A stretch of DNA of 64,000 nucleotides from Oikopleura dioica. Taxonomy: Eukaryota; Animalia; Chordata. Location of the stretch: positions 9,858,001 through 9,922,000 of the forward strand of contig OU015567.1 in the NCBI GenBank assembly GCA_907165135.1. The letters run 5' to 3'. The position numbers and the translations under genes are program-made. A model generated the notes under the pieces. It saw nothing but the letters and a program-made list of their open reading frames with translations, was not told where the DNA came from and ran no database searches. Of the stretch, positions 13,649-27,294 are shown piece after piece (position 1 is the first letter of the stretch; the number at the start of each line of letters is the position of its first letter).

Positions 13649-14532
13649 CATGGACAAATTAAATCCAATTTTGATAGAAGTGTAATTTTTTTCAGATCAA
13701 GTTTATTTTGCTTTTTTTAGATTCAGCATGTCCGAAAACCCCGGAAAAATTTGTATTTCTGACTTCCGGTACTAAAAACCGATAAGCGCGGCGCGTCAAA
13801 GTCCCGAAATCGGTAATTTTTTACCACAGAATTAAACAGGAAGTTGACAAGGTATCAAAAATCTAATTTAACAGAGTTTTAGATAATCGTTCGAACTACT
13901 CTGGAAACTTTTAAAATTTATAAAAAGTCAACATTTAGCCCTCTATTCTAGCGTTCAAAGTTGACCTCATTTTTGTGAGCGCGCGCAACGCCTCTTTTCT
14001 CCGACTGACTCGCTCAAAATACTCGGATAATCATGAAATTTATTACACATACTAAATTTTTTGCCCTCTTCTCAGAAAGTGTGGAATAATTGTCCTAACT
14101 TCTTTCAGAAGAGACATACTGAGAGAAATAGATGCTCAAGTTCATGCATACTTAAGTACCCGAATTTTTAGTCATTTCACTGTAAAACTTAGCTCACTAA
14201 AAAGCCCGTTTCATTCTCTACAAAAATGATAAATTACTTTCATTTAAAAGAAATGGTTACTGTTTAAATAATGAAGAGATGAATTCTGATTACCCGTTGC
14301 GCCTGGCCTCATTCAAGTGAGGAAGATTCCCGCTGAGCTCTGGAGCCCATCTAGACACCTGTAAATAAACAACTCCATTATCATCAAAGAAACTGTTTGT
14401 ATGAAACCAAATTATGTTTTTTTTATGTAAAAAGAAACGGGCTTTTGAGTGAGCTTAGTCTAAAAAAAGCAAAATAAATTTGATCTGAATAAAATTACAC
14501 TTCTATCAAAATTGGATTAAATTTGTCCCATG
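13649..14532. mobile_element. MITE-like element with ~75-bp TIRs
   Basis: GGACAAATTAAATCCAATTTTGATAGAAGTGTAATTTT...TTTTTTAG at 13652-13720 is inverted at 14460-14529. There is a further internal inverted match, 14188-14230 vs 14420-14460. No clear TSD. Confidence 0.75.
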
Positions 14533-14542
14533 CATTCCAAAC

Positions 14543-15092
14543 GGTGGTATGCGGTCATGTGGGTATTATACCCGCGTTCACTGTTCCCCCCGAACGTGGG
14601 TATTTATACCCACGTTCACTCTTTCTTCCGAACATGGGTATTCGATACCCACGTTCACACTAACTGGCGAACGTGGGTATTTTCCAGGCGTTTTGAGAAC
14701 AGTTCTGTTCTAGAGCCTCATCTGTTTCGATGAAGGCGGGAAACACACCGATTACCGGATGTACAAAAAGGTTCATTTTACAGCTCTAACTTGAAAAATT
14801 TTGGAGAATCCTTCAAGACAGGCGCGGAGCGCATACTGTCTCCGACTTGAGAACCAGCTTCGGCCGCTGACCGGGCTGTCCTGCACCCTTAACGCTGGAC
14901 TTGTCTTTTTGAGGTTAAACGTTATGTTTCTAGAGCAAGTTATTTTATATACCACCGTTCAAACAAAATTTCATTTATTGAACGTGGGTATTTATACCCG
15001 CATTCGGACATTTGAGCGAACGTGGGTATTTATACCCTCGTTCGAGAAATCACTGAACGTTGGTATAAATACCCACATGACCGCTTACAACC
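14543..15092. mobile_element. MITE (Merlin-like: GG termini, 8-bp TSD) with palindromic subterminal repeats
   Basis: TIR GGTGGTATGCGGTCATGTGGGTAT / ATACCCACATGACCGCTTACAACC. TSD TTCCAAAC at 14535-14542 and 15093-15100. Repeated palindrome GAACGTGGGTATTTATACCCACGTTC. Confidence 0.85.
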
Positions 15093-15733
15093 TTCCAAAC
15101 CGTTGTTTTTCCACTTAGTATCGTCGATTTATTGAGAAGCTAGAACGTATGGTCCTTGTTGATTTTGAATTCAAGGAGCTTTCAAATTTTTTGTCTACAA
15201 AGTTGTTTTTAAGATTTGACTTGTCATTTTAATCGACTTGTTTTTTTGTCAAATTTCTGTCAATTCAAGCCAAATTCGTGTCCTCAAATTAGACGACCTT
15301 AAATTCGATTTGCCGTGTTTTTGCAACTTAAAAACCGGCTTGCTAAAATGCACTTAAAGCTTATTAAGCCTTACTCTGAGGAATTTTCACAAATCGATGC
15401 CAAAAACGTGCTGCAATGCTCAGGCGCACCCTTAAAACAATTTGGAGCTGTTGGTAGTTAAAATTCCCGGGCAGCGGAGGAATTTCATTTTTTTTCTTGA
15501 AGTAAGATTATCTAATCACCCTTACCGACTTCGGACGTCTTTAAAGCCTTGTGAAGCGAGGTTTAAGCAAGTATAATAATTTTGTAGAGCAGCGGATTAC
15601 TCTAGCAAGTCACGTCGGTAAGTTGAACAAACGTCGAATCACCGAAGCTAGAGTTGTTACAGAATAACCACCACTTGAATATTCAGAGAAAAGGCTTACG
15701 CATTCTCGTTGGCTTTTATACGTTTCGGCTGAC

Positions 15734-16842
15734 CAGGGGTCTGGATTTTGGCAAAAAATGAAAAGCGAAAGCGAAGCGAAAGCGAAAATTTTTCAAAAAT
15801 TTAAAGCGAAAGCGAAGCGAAGCGAATCAAAATTTCGTGAGCGAAAGCGAAGCGAAGCGAAAAATTTTTCTAAAAAGCGAAGCGAAGCGAATCAAAATTT
15901 CGTGAGCGAAAGCGAAGCGAAGCGAAAAATTTTTCTAAAAAGCGAAAAAAGCGAAAATTTTCCGGAAATATTTAACATTTGAAAAAGTGTCCATTTTATG
16001 TATGGTTTCATTTTCGTTCGGACGATGGTCTCAGTTGCCCAAGTCGCCGTCTCCCAAAATCTTCGTTTACCTTACTTTGGGAAACGGAGATCTTGGGCAC
16101 ACGGCGATGTGAATAAATTTATATAGATTGATAATTAAACATTGTTTGGCTTTTCCAACGTCAATCCTGGCTTCATCAATGCCAATCCTGGCTTCATCGA
16201 TATTTTATCAATGATGGCTTATCCATCGTCAAGTCTGGTATCAACATCTTCAATTCTGTTCTTACCGACTTCAATCATGCCTTTTCCAATCTCAATCCCG
16301 GGTTTATCGACGTCAATTACAACTTTTCCAATGTCAATCCAAATTGGACAAACAGAGATCTTGGGCAAACGGCGACTCAGGAAAATGGAGACCACTCCAT
16401 TCGGACTCCCTCTCCGATTTTTCAAATTGCAAATTTTCTGAGATTAGTGAGCTGAAGAGGCTGTGTGGCTCAGCTCAGGTCAATCATTGACTCAATTCAC
16501 TCAATGATTTTTGTGAAGGACAGCTCAGCTCAGCGCAGCTCAGAATATTGGCTACTTTAAAAACAGTAAAACTTCTCTGAGCTCAGCTTTTACAAGTGCT
16601 AACTTAGCTCATTCAGCAAAATTTCCACTTGAGTTTAAACTAAAGCTAAGCAAAAAAGGCGAAGTTTTCAATTCCTGGAAAGATTTCTTTTGAGCGAAAT
16701 TTTCGCGAAAATTTTTGGTAAAAAGCGAAAGCGAAGCGAAGCGAATTGAAATAACAAAAAGCGAAAGCGAAGCGAAGCGAATTTGTTTCGCTTCGCTTCG
16801 CTTCGCTCATGAGCGAATTCGCAAAGCGAATCCAGACCCCTG
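15734..16842. mobile_element. Non-autonomous DNA transposon (hAT-like) with AAGCG subterminal arrays
   Basis: 14-bp TIR CAGGGGTCTGGATT/AATCCAGACCCCTG, flanking 7-bp direct repeat GGCTGAC, and dense (A)AAGCG repeats near both ends. Confidence 0.85.
16026..16397. mobile_element. Nested degenerate MITE with GGCAAACGGCGACT-type repeats
   Basis: TGGTCTC..TTGCCCAAGTCGCCGT at the left is inverted to GGCAAACGGCGACTC..GGAGACCACTC at the right. The same motif family recurs at 55289-55356. Confidence 0.55.
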
Positions 16843-19800
16843 GGCTGACCTCAAACGCTATCGACAAGTGTCGTGGTTTCGGCATCACCTTGCATTCTTA
16901 CTGTAACTACAATAGCAAAAACTATCTACAAAGGAGCATAAGGAGATAATATTACGCAGGGCCGAGATTATTCTCTCCATGAGAAATCTCAATTTCAAAC
17001 ATGCTAAAACCGTGTTTTCAAAACTCGTTTTAATCTTTGCTCTCAATAGGAATATTTCAAGTACTGTTCGAAAACCTCAAAACTTCCTGAAAACACTTGA
17101 AGCAAATGGAAACTGAAAACTTGCTTGATCCACCACATCGCCGCGCATTTCCGGCAATAATCAATCGAGGTCAGCTCGACCTTTCAATTCGATAACAAAA
17201 AACGTCAGAAAAGAACCTCGAAGGTTAAATTTAATCCAATTGCTAGACGCGTAACGTTCGCCGAAATTCAAGCGTATTTGGGGTTTTGAGTTTCACTTGA
17301 GCTTTATTCTTGCGTCCCGTTTTGGACTCACTGTTGCGGTTAGTAGTGGGTGGAGTGCGAAAACCGCGGAAGTAGCCACCCTCAGGGTTTTTTGTAAATA
17401 ACACTCGTGAACAACCTCCGAAAATGGCACTCAAAATCCTCCAAAAATCACCACTTTCTTCATCATAAAATCTCATTCCGCTGATATTTCATACCGACTT
17501 AGAAATGGAAATTACAAATACTGAAGCTCGGAAAAAATTCGATGAAATTCTACCAACCACCAGGAGGTGTCAAGATGTTTATATTGAAAAATTCAAGACG
17601 CTTGAGAGCACGAGTGATTGAGCAATTTCTAGTGACGCGGCTGAAGTGAGTGGATATCAAATTGGCGCGTTCCGAGAGGACCAACTCTTTCCACCACTTG
17701 CTGGTTTTGTGTCAAACAAAGATTAATACCAAGGAAAGAAAACATGCGTCAATTGCGTTGCAACAAGTGTATGCATATCAATCTGGAATCTTTGTTCATG
17801 TATTTGGATACAAGCAATGTTTCGAGTTTCTCCAGTATCAAGTACTGCCAGACGCGAAATTAGATAATTTCTACTGAATCACGAATTCCATACGTGGGAA
17901 GATTGGACAAGATTGCGCTTCTGAAAAATTTCTTGACAAAACGGAAAGTTGAAAAACCAAAAGTTATGCATGGATTCTAGTGAGCGCGGCACACATGGCT
18001 TCGATCGTACATCATGATTAGTGGCTTAGGGGCGCTTATCTAGTTCCCCGCAAAGGGAAGAAGCCAGAAACTCGATCGTGGAACAACTTCTACACTCCTT
18101 GTTTTTATAAGGTTCATTACACTGGACAATGAAATTTGCAGAAGACGATGTAGGTAGTTGAAGCGGTGGTTTCGGCGATTTCGAGCGTAAAATTGAAATT
18201 CACTCTTCACGTTCTGCTCATTAACACGGTATTATAGACTGGCGGCCTTCCCTATCGCTAGATTATTCAGCGGAAAGGGGACTAAACGGGCAGAGCCGGA
18301 AGGCAACGAGTGCACGTCAGAAGTCCGCTATGTCCAAGAAGGATAAGCTGGCGACTTGTTAGACAACATGCGTCAAGAGTTTGTGCCTTGAGTACTTTGA
18401 TCAAGGGCCCAAGTTAGGCTCTTGACAAGAAGGAACAGTATTTCAAGAGTTTCTTGGACCTTCTAGTGCAACTTTCGCGGGTCAAGCGTTAGAAAAAGCT
18501 TATTGCCAAAAAATCACCTCGTTTGAAGTCGCGACTCGCTGACTTCATAACGAGACCATGATTTTCCCTCGCCGCGTAAGAAAATTGCAATAGACAACAA
18601 AGGAAATTGCAGCAGGAAGATTTTCGGATGCGTGAATTTCCTAACAAGGTTCGTTGAAAAAAGGTCAGCAGTTAACTTACTTTACCGTAAGAAAAATAAG
18701 TGGAAAAGTCTGATTTGGTACTCGTGTAAGCTAAAGCGATTCCGCCTAAGCGGCAAATTAGCTCCTCGGTGATACCTGGCAAATCTCTTTTTGACCTGCC
18801 TGAAACGTTTAGGATGCGCTTTCCGAACGATTTCCGAAAGCGCGGGTATGTAGTTATCCGCATTAGGCAGGCACGTGAATTTTTTCCTTCAGTTATTTGA
18901 ATTTATACGGTAATCTGTAGATTCGAACAGTGATCCCTAGACAAGTTATCTTTGAAAATATTATATTTTTCTTGCTCCAGCTCATCGCGCAACTGAACTA
19001 GCAACGTTACAGGAGTTCAACCTTTTTGGTGTTGCTTCTCAAAACACCGATCGTCGACCACACGGGAAGTGGTCGAAGATACCAAACAGAGGCTGTCAAG
19101 GTGACCCAGCTCGAAATGCAGATGACGTTCTTGATGACGCTAATTCACCTTCTTTGCGGTGTGTCACCTGTGAATTGAAAAAGCTGAAGCACAAATTTGC
19201 TGCCTTGTTGCTGATCTGTTTTTCTGCGCGCCAAGGTGCTACTTAGTAACTCAATTTTTAGCTTCTCAGCTCATAGAAAAATACGATAAGAACTTGCGTA
19301 CTATCTTTATCGAAAATGTTCGACAACCCTTGAAGCATCGAGTCGACCAGTATCAGCTCTGCAACATGAGCTGCTGTATTGAAAATCCAGCTACTTAGAA
19401 ATCAAGCACTATCGGTCAGATTTTTGGGTGGAATTCAGCATCGCGGTTGAACATAAAGACTCGAACTAGGAGTGCTCAAAAACGACACGTTTCTTCCGCT
19501 GTGAATGGAGCTTGATTGAGTCCGTTTTCTCCGTAAATCATTCTCAATGTTTACAGCGCAATAAAACAAGCAAAATTGTTTACCTTTCTAACCTCGAAAA
19601 CATATTTTCAATCTCATTTCTTTCAACCTTGCGCAATAGATGGATTGGTTCAACCTCAGTCGGTTAGAATGACGAGAAGCATTGGTTCAAAAACGCAGCA
19701 CCACGTCGGAAGGATGAGTGGAAAAATATTTTTTTCCGTCGAGTCGGAAATCCGGAAATTAGGTTTCGACCGTTCCCAGGATTTTCAGAGACTCTTTTTT

Positions 19801-20595
19801 TACTTGCCTTTGAAGTTCCTGGGCATGTTTGGACCGTGTTTTATACGGTAACAGCTATGTCAATTTTTTCTCACGGTGAAAGCCCTATTTTCACGTGTCT
19901 TACTTTCAGGAGGTAATTTATCGCTTGCGATCAACAAAAATACCACTTTCGGCCTTTTTTTGTCCAAACAACACTCATTTTGGACGGTCTTTTTTCAAAC
20001 GTTCGTTTTGGAAAATCGTTGGCATCCGGAATTCACGAGAAAATTCCCTCGCTCTGGATGCGCCTTCGCAAATTTGTAAAATCAACGCTCGGAAGCTCAA
20101 TCTGCCACTTACTTGGACTAATAATTCGATCCGATAGAAGGGCAGAAATTCGTTCGATCAAAGTTCAAAGCGTACTTTTTGATACAGGGGTTTATTAGAA
20201 ACGCATTTTGTCAAAATCTTCGTTCCGTTTATTGACGGGTTAATTTGACATTGAAGCTTACTTTTCAAAGGTTATTTTCCAGCCTCTAAAAAGAATGATT
20301 CGATCAAAGTTTGAACTGGTTATATTTTTTGATCGGGGAAGAGCTTTTGGAAACATTCAGGAACATGATCGATTCGCTTGTTTTTCAAATAGAAGAATAC
20401 TAAGCAGACACGTTGCGAGTTTGCGGATTATAAGAACGCGAACTTTAGAGACAGTAATTCAGCGTTCCAATTACATTTCGTGAAAAATAATTAGAATTCA
20501 TTTGCCTCACCGCGACACTCCACGCGAGTGTCGCCTATTTGATGAGAAAACAAAGTGAAGAAAGAGTACTTTCATTGAAAACGTAATTTTGGACT

Positions 20596-21750
20596 TTGGC
20601 TGATGTTGAGAGCGCTGTCGCTGCGGTCAGTGCAAAACACCAAACAGATTGGCCAGTTTCACTACGTTCTACTACACGTCTCAGAAAGCTAAAATCATCC
20701 CTTCTTTCGGTTGACCAAACAACCTTCTCGGAAATTATAAGTCTCGAAAACATGAACGAACCACTTATTATTGAAGTTCATCGCAACTGAAATTTGAAAT
20801 TTTGATTAGCATCTATGAAATGTTTTCACGATTTGAAAAATCAAAAACATCTCTTCAGTTTCGAAAAACCAATTCGAATACTCGAAGAAAAGAGAATGTT
20901 TTCTGGTCATGGCTTGTTTGAGTCCAAAAAAGACCCAACACCTGATAAGACTATGATTGAAGTCTACAAAAAAGCTGATAAGTTTCTTGAGAAATATCCG
21001 GTCGAAAAAGTAATGCGAGACCAGATAAAACAGGCCATTATTGACATCGAACTCGAATTAACCACGGGCTTAGCAGATTTTTTATCATTATATTATTATA
21101 ATCATTTATTATAAAATAAGAACTAAAACTAAAGCCTTTAAAAGATGGCAAACTAGCCGAGATCATCAAGCTCAAGAAAGAAATCGACCCACTTGTTGAA
21201 GATTTCAAGAAAACTTCTCAGCAGTCTGTGGAAAAGACCATGGAAATCTCGACTAAGGTCGATCGATTGAAAAAGGCTGGAAGAGATCGCCGTCAACTTC
21301 TATTCAAGCATAAAATCGAGAAAGAAAAACTTCGATTTTTCTGTGACAAGGAATACCCCCAGGGTCGGTTCGATGACTTCTTTAAGGAACATAAAATTTC
21401 TGAGCGATTTCTAGCTTTTCGAACATAATTAAGTTCAAAGTACACGAAGTGAGTGAGAGATTCTTCAATATTTTCTCTTATCCCGGCGACAAAGAGTTTC
21501 AAAATACTCTCTACACTCCTGAACTCAACCCAATGAATACGACATTTGATGCAGAAAGAGCGAAACGTGGAGAAATTATCGACATGATCGCTAGGGAGAC
21601 AAAAACTAAGGTAAGAAGTTCTATTTGTTAAAATGTATACCATATTCAAAATTTAAGGAAGAGCAGTTAGTTTGCGTTCGGGAGATGCTCTTTGCTCATG
21701 CTTTTGCTGACCTTAGCGACGATTCTGATGAAGGAAAATCTTCCGATTAA
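20596..21750 (+). CDS. Multi-exon hypothetical protein (5' end uncertain, possibly decayed)
   Basis: Consecutive same-strand ORFs separated by short AT-rich introns, a clear GTAAG...AAG last intron, stop TAA at 21748-21750, and AATAAA at ~21776. Confidence 0.5.
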
Positions 21751-24700
21751 ATTTTTAGTCCGACTTTTCTATTCTAATAAATATCATTTCAAACAAGTTT
21801 TATGAGTCCTTGTTTCTAATGAAACTCGAGTACCAGCACAAATGCAGGGGATTGACATTCACTTTTGGACTTGTGTTGGTAAACTTTACCGTAAAGCGTA
21901 TCATTGCAAAACACGTGTTCTATTCAAATCGCGCGTCAAGCTATTTTCACGGTAGACACATTTTTGGAACATTTTTACTCGTTATTCTAAACATGCAAAT
22001 TTCTATCCTTCTCTTTATTCTAACACCATCTTTATCAGAATTTGTTTTAATGAAATTAATGAAGACCAAATAAATTAAAACTTTGAATCTAAATGTCTTT
22101 TTCTGCGAGGTTTTGTCACTTACCAATCCAGTTTCAGCCATCATAATCTTCCTGAAGTCGACGTACTTTTCAGTCTTCGCCATCTTGCGGCCAAATCTCT
22201 TTTCAACTCGTCTCTATTTTGATTTTTTAATTTCGTGAGCCAACCAAGCGTTGTATATTTAGCGCGAGCGTTGCAAGAGTCGGAGGCACCTCGCTCAGCA
22301 GAATTCTGAGCGATCGCGATCCGCCGCCCTCTACCGCCACGCGATGCGCAAAAAATCAAGAAAGTTACCCTCAATATGCGGCCGGCGCTTCATCAAATTC
22401 AGGGAGCGCGATGCCACGCTGCTGTACTTAGCTGAATTTTCAAATTTCGAATGAGCGAAAGAATTTCTACAAAAATTTGCATCTCTAATTTTGGATTAGA
22501 AAACACACGATCTTGTTTTAAAAATTGACGAGAAACCCTTTACCAAAGAATCTGAATTAACACAAGTCTGAACTGATACCCGAAAATAATTTTTAATACA
22601 GTGAAGATTCATCCACTTGAATAAAAATTTTGTGCAGCATTTTTCCATCAGTCTGTAACTCGACTCCCAAATCGAAAATGCAACTATTGAAACTCGACCT
22701 TCCTGGTCCCCCAGGATGCATAATCGTAGACTTTACCCCATTCATCCGACTTCCTGTTAATTCTACAAGCTTTTCAACTAACTTGACCCCTAATGCAGCA
22801 AAAGCTTCCCCTTTAAAATTGCATAGACAAGCATTTCTAGTGCTAGAGGACGCGTAGTATTGTTTGTTGCCCACACAAGGCGCCTTTGCTTATTTGTGGC
22901 TTGAGCGTCTCTCATCCCTTTTCACTATTATGTAAGCTCAGCCAAGCCCGGAAGGACACTTGTTATCGCTGAACCGTACATCGCTGTTGGCGTTGTCGGC
23001 CTCAATCCGAACAGGATCAGATTTGCGGAAGCGATTTCTCTACTTTATTTCTCTAAAAAACACTCGCACATCCGTGCAGGGACATCAGATGCTTCCTCTA
23101 TCATTCAATAGAATCTCTTGTTCAACAAAATTCCAGTACAAGGGTCGCACATCCCACGATGATAATAGTTCATCCTGTTTCTGGAGCAGCTTTGATTGTT
23201 TTCTTCCAGATAATCAAAGTACCAAAAACTTATCTCAATTCGAACAATCCTGAGACACCTCTCACAAACTGATTATATTGAACCGTCTTTGAGGAGTCAA
23301 TTTAATGTTTCAATAACTCAAATATACATTTCGCCCGAACGTCAGGTCAATTTTCGCGTTATTAGCGTCAATAACCGGTCCAGTTTTTATCAACTTACAT
23401 TTTCTACTGAGGGGAGTGTCGAGTTATGAAATGTTTATTCGAATACGATCTGTAACGACCTCGTTTATGCTTATCGCTTAAAGCCGTCTTTACGGGCGAG
23501 CATTTTTCGTTAAATTCTACGTACCACGACGAAGCGCTGCGTTGAATTTGGTCAACAATCTTGGACTCGCGTTTTTGTTTTTTTGCAACGGATGCGTTTT
23601 AAATCTCGGCTAGCCACTTGTTGTATTTTGATAGCAGACTCTTCGAAAAACGCCTTGTTAGAAAGTTATGAAGACGTATATTTTCCTTTGCTCAAAATTC
23701 AGCTCGCAGAAAGAAAAATTGTTTGCGAAACATGCTTTTTACAGTATCTCATTTCTGGGCAAGTTTATTCTGGGGCGGTGCTTAACGAAATCAACCAGCT
23801 TCTAAAGAAAATTAAGCAGCTAATTATCAGCTGAGAAAATTCTACGATGGTTTCAAAAAGTAGCTTGGAAAATTCTCCCACGATCAGGAATTCGACAAGG
23901 TACATTCCAACTGCAGCTGATCTGACATCATCGCAACATCGCAGCTCGTTCGCATGAAACTTGACCGGCGAAATCGTTCCGAGAAATCGGACAAGGAGCG
24001 GAATCAACCTCACGTGGTGCCAAACCGAAGCCTGTTTTTTGATTTCATGCCGTTCGCGTCAAGCCGGATCAACTGGACAACCCTTTTAAAATTTCTGTCA
24101 AGTGCAATTGAATTTCGGAATCTATTCGGTGAAGAATCAAGTTAAATATTTAAAATAGATAACAACACAAGCATATTTTTCGTTTGCCGGCAGTCAACCC
24201 TGAGAACAATTTCTATGAGAAACCTTGAACCTTGAAGCGCAAAAGAGCTTCGATAAGATTCACCAAAGCCGGTTGTCTCTCATCATTGAAGACGATCAGT
24301 TCGACCTTTTCACAGAGAAAACTTAATATGTTTGCTCAAATTCTGCTTCTTCTTTTTCATTTTTGCTCTGGTAACACCACGAACAATAACGAGGTTAGTA
24401 AAGACGCACACCAAAAGAATTTTCAACAAATAAACCATAGACGAATTTGGATGACATCATCCTCACCCAGTCCCGAGCACTAGAAGCCGCAACCTTCCTT
24501 CTAGCTAACCAGAACCGAATGGAAACCCAGCTTCGCATCCTCGAAGAAAAACTAGATCAAATGGAGGGAAAGGAAACAGCTGCCAAAGAAGAAGGAACCA
24601 GTTCTGTTAAAACCACTGAGCCAGTAGCTGAATTCGCTAAAATGCAGAAAACTCTTGAAGAAATCAATGCGCCTTGAATTCTGGTTGTTCGTCCGAAACT

Positions 24701-25384
24701 GACAAGCCATTCAAAGAAGCGGATGCAATGAAAGTATTGTATTTTCTCTCCACGGGTATTCGAAAAGTTAACTTCAGGGTAAAACATCACTTCTATTTTA
24801 TTGTTGGGAGAGAGGCGATTTTCTGGCAGTTAGATTTTCTGGCAGTTAGACTTTCTGGCAAAGGCGATTTTCTGGCAGTGCCAGAAAATCTAACTTCCAG
24901 AAAATCGCCTTTGCCAGAAAGTCTAACTGCCAGAAAATCGCCTCTTTTGATTTTGAATCTACAGTTAATGATCCTGGAAGGTAAAAAACGGAGAGGGTTT
25001 TCGACAGTACCACCAATTTTTTCTTACACGTTATTTTTAAAAATTCATTGACAAAAGCCACTTTTGACCCATTTATTTAAGATAATTGGCTGTAGCAAAC
25101 ATAAATCAGCTCCTCCGGGAATTTCTGTGTTAATCACCCAGTGTTATTTGCATCTGATTTCGAATACTTGGTCACAGTGGGCACCCACTGAGATAATGGC
25201 GCACGCTAATGCTTTTTGAAACTGAACTTGTTTTAAGGCTATAACCTCTCTTTTGGCCTCTTCGGAAAACCGACTACCCTTGGTCGATTTCAAAAATTAA
25301 AAAGACTCATATACTCAAAATCTATCGTAGATTTCAGAAATGCGATCAAAAATTAATTTTTCTTTTGAAATTTTGACTTTACAA

Positions 25385-27294
25385 TAGGGTCGGCCCTTTT
25401 CACGTGATGACCGCGGACAACTCTCATATTTTGTGGATATGTTCCTAAGGTGGAGTGTGTTAACCTGTCACATTTTGAGCCGTGTACGCCAAGATCACTA
25501 ATGGTACGTCAGCGGGTTAAAAATCAAAAATTTTTTTTCGAATTTTCCTTCACTAAGAAGACCAAAAAATACACAGACACAATTTTTCGAGCCAAAAAAA
25601 AGGAAATTATAAAAAGTGAATGTTTTTTTTTAATTTTGATTTTCGTAATTTGAAAATAAAAAGTAAAAAAGTAAATTATAAGATAAAAACCATAACAAAG
25701 CAAGAAATAGGAAAAACTTAAATTTTAATGAATACGGGTGTGGGTGGGGTTGGGGACAAAATTGAGATTGATCACCTCAGAGTTTTAACCCTCTGTCGAG
25801 CCCCTTTCGAAGGGCCGTCAAGCCCCTTAAAATTAAAAATCAAGTAACGGGGCTGAGACGGCCCGAAGGGCCGTCAAGCCCCTTAAAATTAAAAATCAAG
25901 TAACGGGGCTGAGACGGCCCGAAGGGCCGTCAAGCCCTTAAAATTAAAAATCAAGTAACGGGGCTGAGACGGCCCGAAGGGCCGTCAAGCCCCTTAAAAT
26001 TAAAAATCAAGTAACGGGGCTGAGACGGCCCGAAGGGCCGTCAAGCCCCTTAAAATTAAAAATCAAGTAACGGGGCTGAGACGGCCCGAAGGGCCGTCAA
26101 GCCCCTTAAAATTAAAAATCAAGTAACGGGGCTGAGACGGCCCGAAGGGCCGTCAAGCCCCTTAAAATTAAAAATCAAGTAACGGGGCTGAGACGGCCCG
26201 AAGGGCCGTCAAGCCCCTTAAAATTAAAAATCAAGTAACGGGGCTGAGACGGCCCGAAGGGCCGTCAAGCCCCTTAAAATTAAAAATCAAGTAACGGGGC
26301 TGAGACGGCCCGAAGGGCCGTCAAGCCCCTTAAAATTAAAAATCAAGTAACGGGGCTGAGACGGCCCGAAGGGCCGTCAAGCCCCTTAAAATTAAAAATC
26401 AAGTAACGGGGCTGAGACGGCCCGAAGGGCCGTCAAGCCCCTTAAAATTAAAAATCAAGTAACGGGGCTGAGACGGCCCGAAGGGCCGTCAAGCCCCTTA
26501 AAATTAAAAATCAAGTAACGGGGCTGAGACGGCCCGAAGGGCCGTCAAGCCCCTTAAAATTAAAAATCAAGTAACGGGGCTGAGACGGCCCGAAGGGCCG
26601 TCAAGCCCCTTAAAATTAAAAATCAAGTAACGGGGCTGAGACGGCCCGAAGGGCCGTCAAGCCCCTTAAAATTAAAAATCAAGTAACGGGGCTGAGACGG
26701 CCCGAAGGGCCGTCAAGCCCCTTAAAATTAAAATCGAGTAACGGGGCTGAGACGGCCCGAAGGGCCGTCAAGCCCCTTAAAATTAAAAATCAAGTAACGG
26801 GGCTGAGACGGCCCGAAGGGCCGTCAAGCCCTTAAAATTAAAAATCAAGTAACGGGGCTGAGACGGCCCGAAGGGCCGTCAAGCCCCTTAAAATTAAAAA
26901 TCAAGTAACGGGGCTGAGACGGCCCGAAGGGCCGTCAAGCCCTTAAAATTAAAAATCAAGTAACGGGGCTGAGACGGCCCGAAGGGCCGTCAAGCCCCTT
27001 AAAATCAAAAATCAAGTAACGGGGCTGAGACGGCCCTTCCTATTTTAAAAATTTTAGTTGAAAATACAGTCGATTTTATTTTTTTTATTATTTTCGACAC
27101 AAAAAATGTATTATTTATTCCCCTGTTAAAGGAAAATTGAAAAAAGTAATTTTGATTTTTAACCCTCTGGCGTACCATTGTTGATCTTTGCGGACGCGGC
27201 TCAAATTTTGCCAGGTTAACACTCTACCATTAGGCATCATATCCACAAAATATGAGAGTTGTCCGCGGTCATCACTTGAAAAGGGCCGACCCTA
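25385..27294. mobile_element. hAT-like non-autonomous element carrying a satellite (inner layer)
   Basis: Termini TAGGGTCGGCCCTTTT...AAAAGGGCCGACCCTA, ~150-bp TIRs, 8-bp TSD CTTTACAA at 25377-25384 and 27295-27302. Confidence 0.92.
25808..27036 (+). repeat. 56-bp tandem satellite, ~22 nearly identical copies, each with a hairpin
   Basis: Unit GGCCCGAAGGGCCGTCAAGCCCCTTAAAATTAAAAATCAAGTAACGGGGCTGAGAC, period 56 (25860 to 25916). Confidence 0.98.

Noticed and set aside
17500-19450. Possible degraded transposase or gene
   Set aside because: Coding-like composition but many stops and no motif I could identify.
25808-27036. CRISPR-like array of palindromic repeats
   Set aside because: Spacers are identical rather than unique, there are no cas genes, and the context is eukaryotic.
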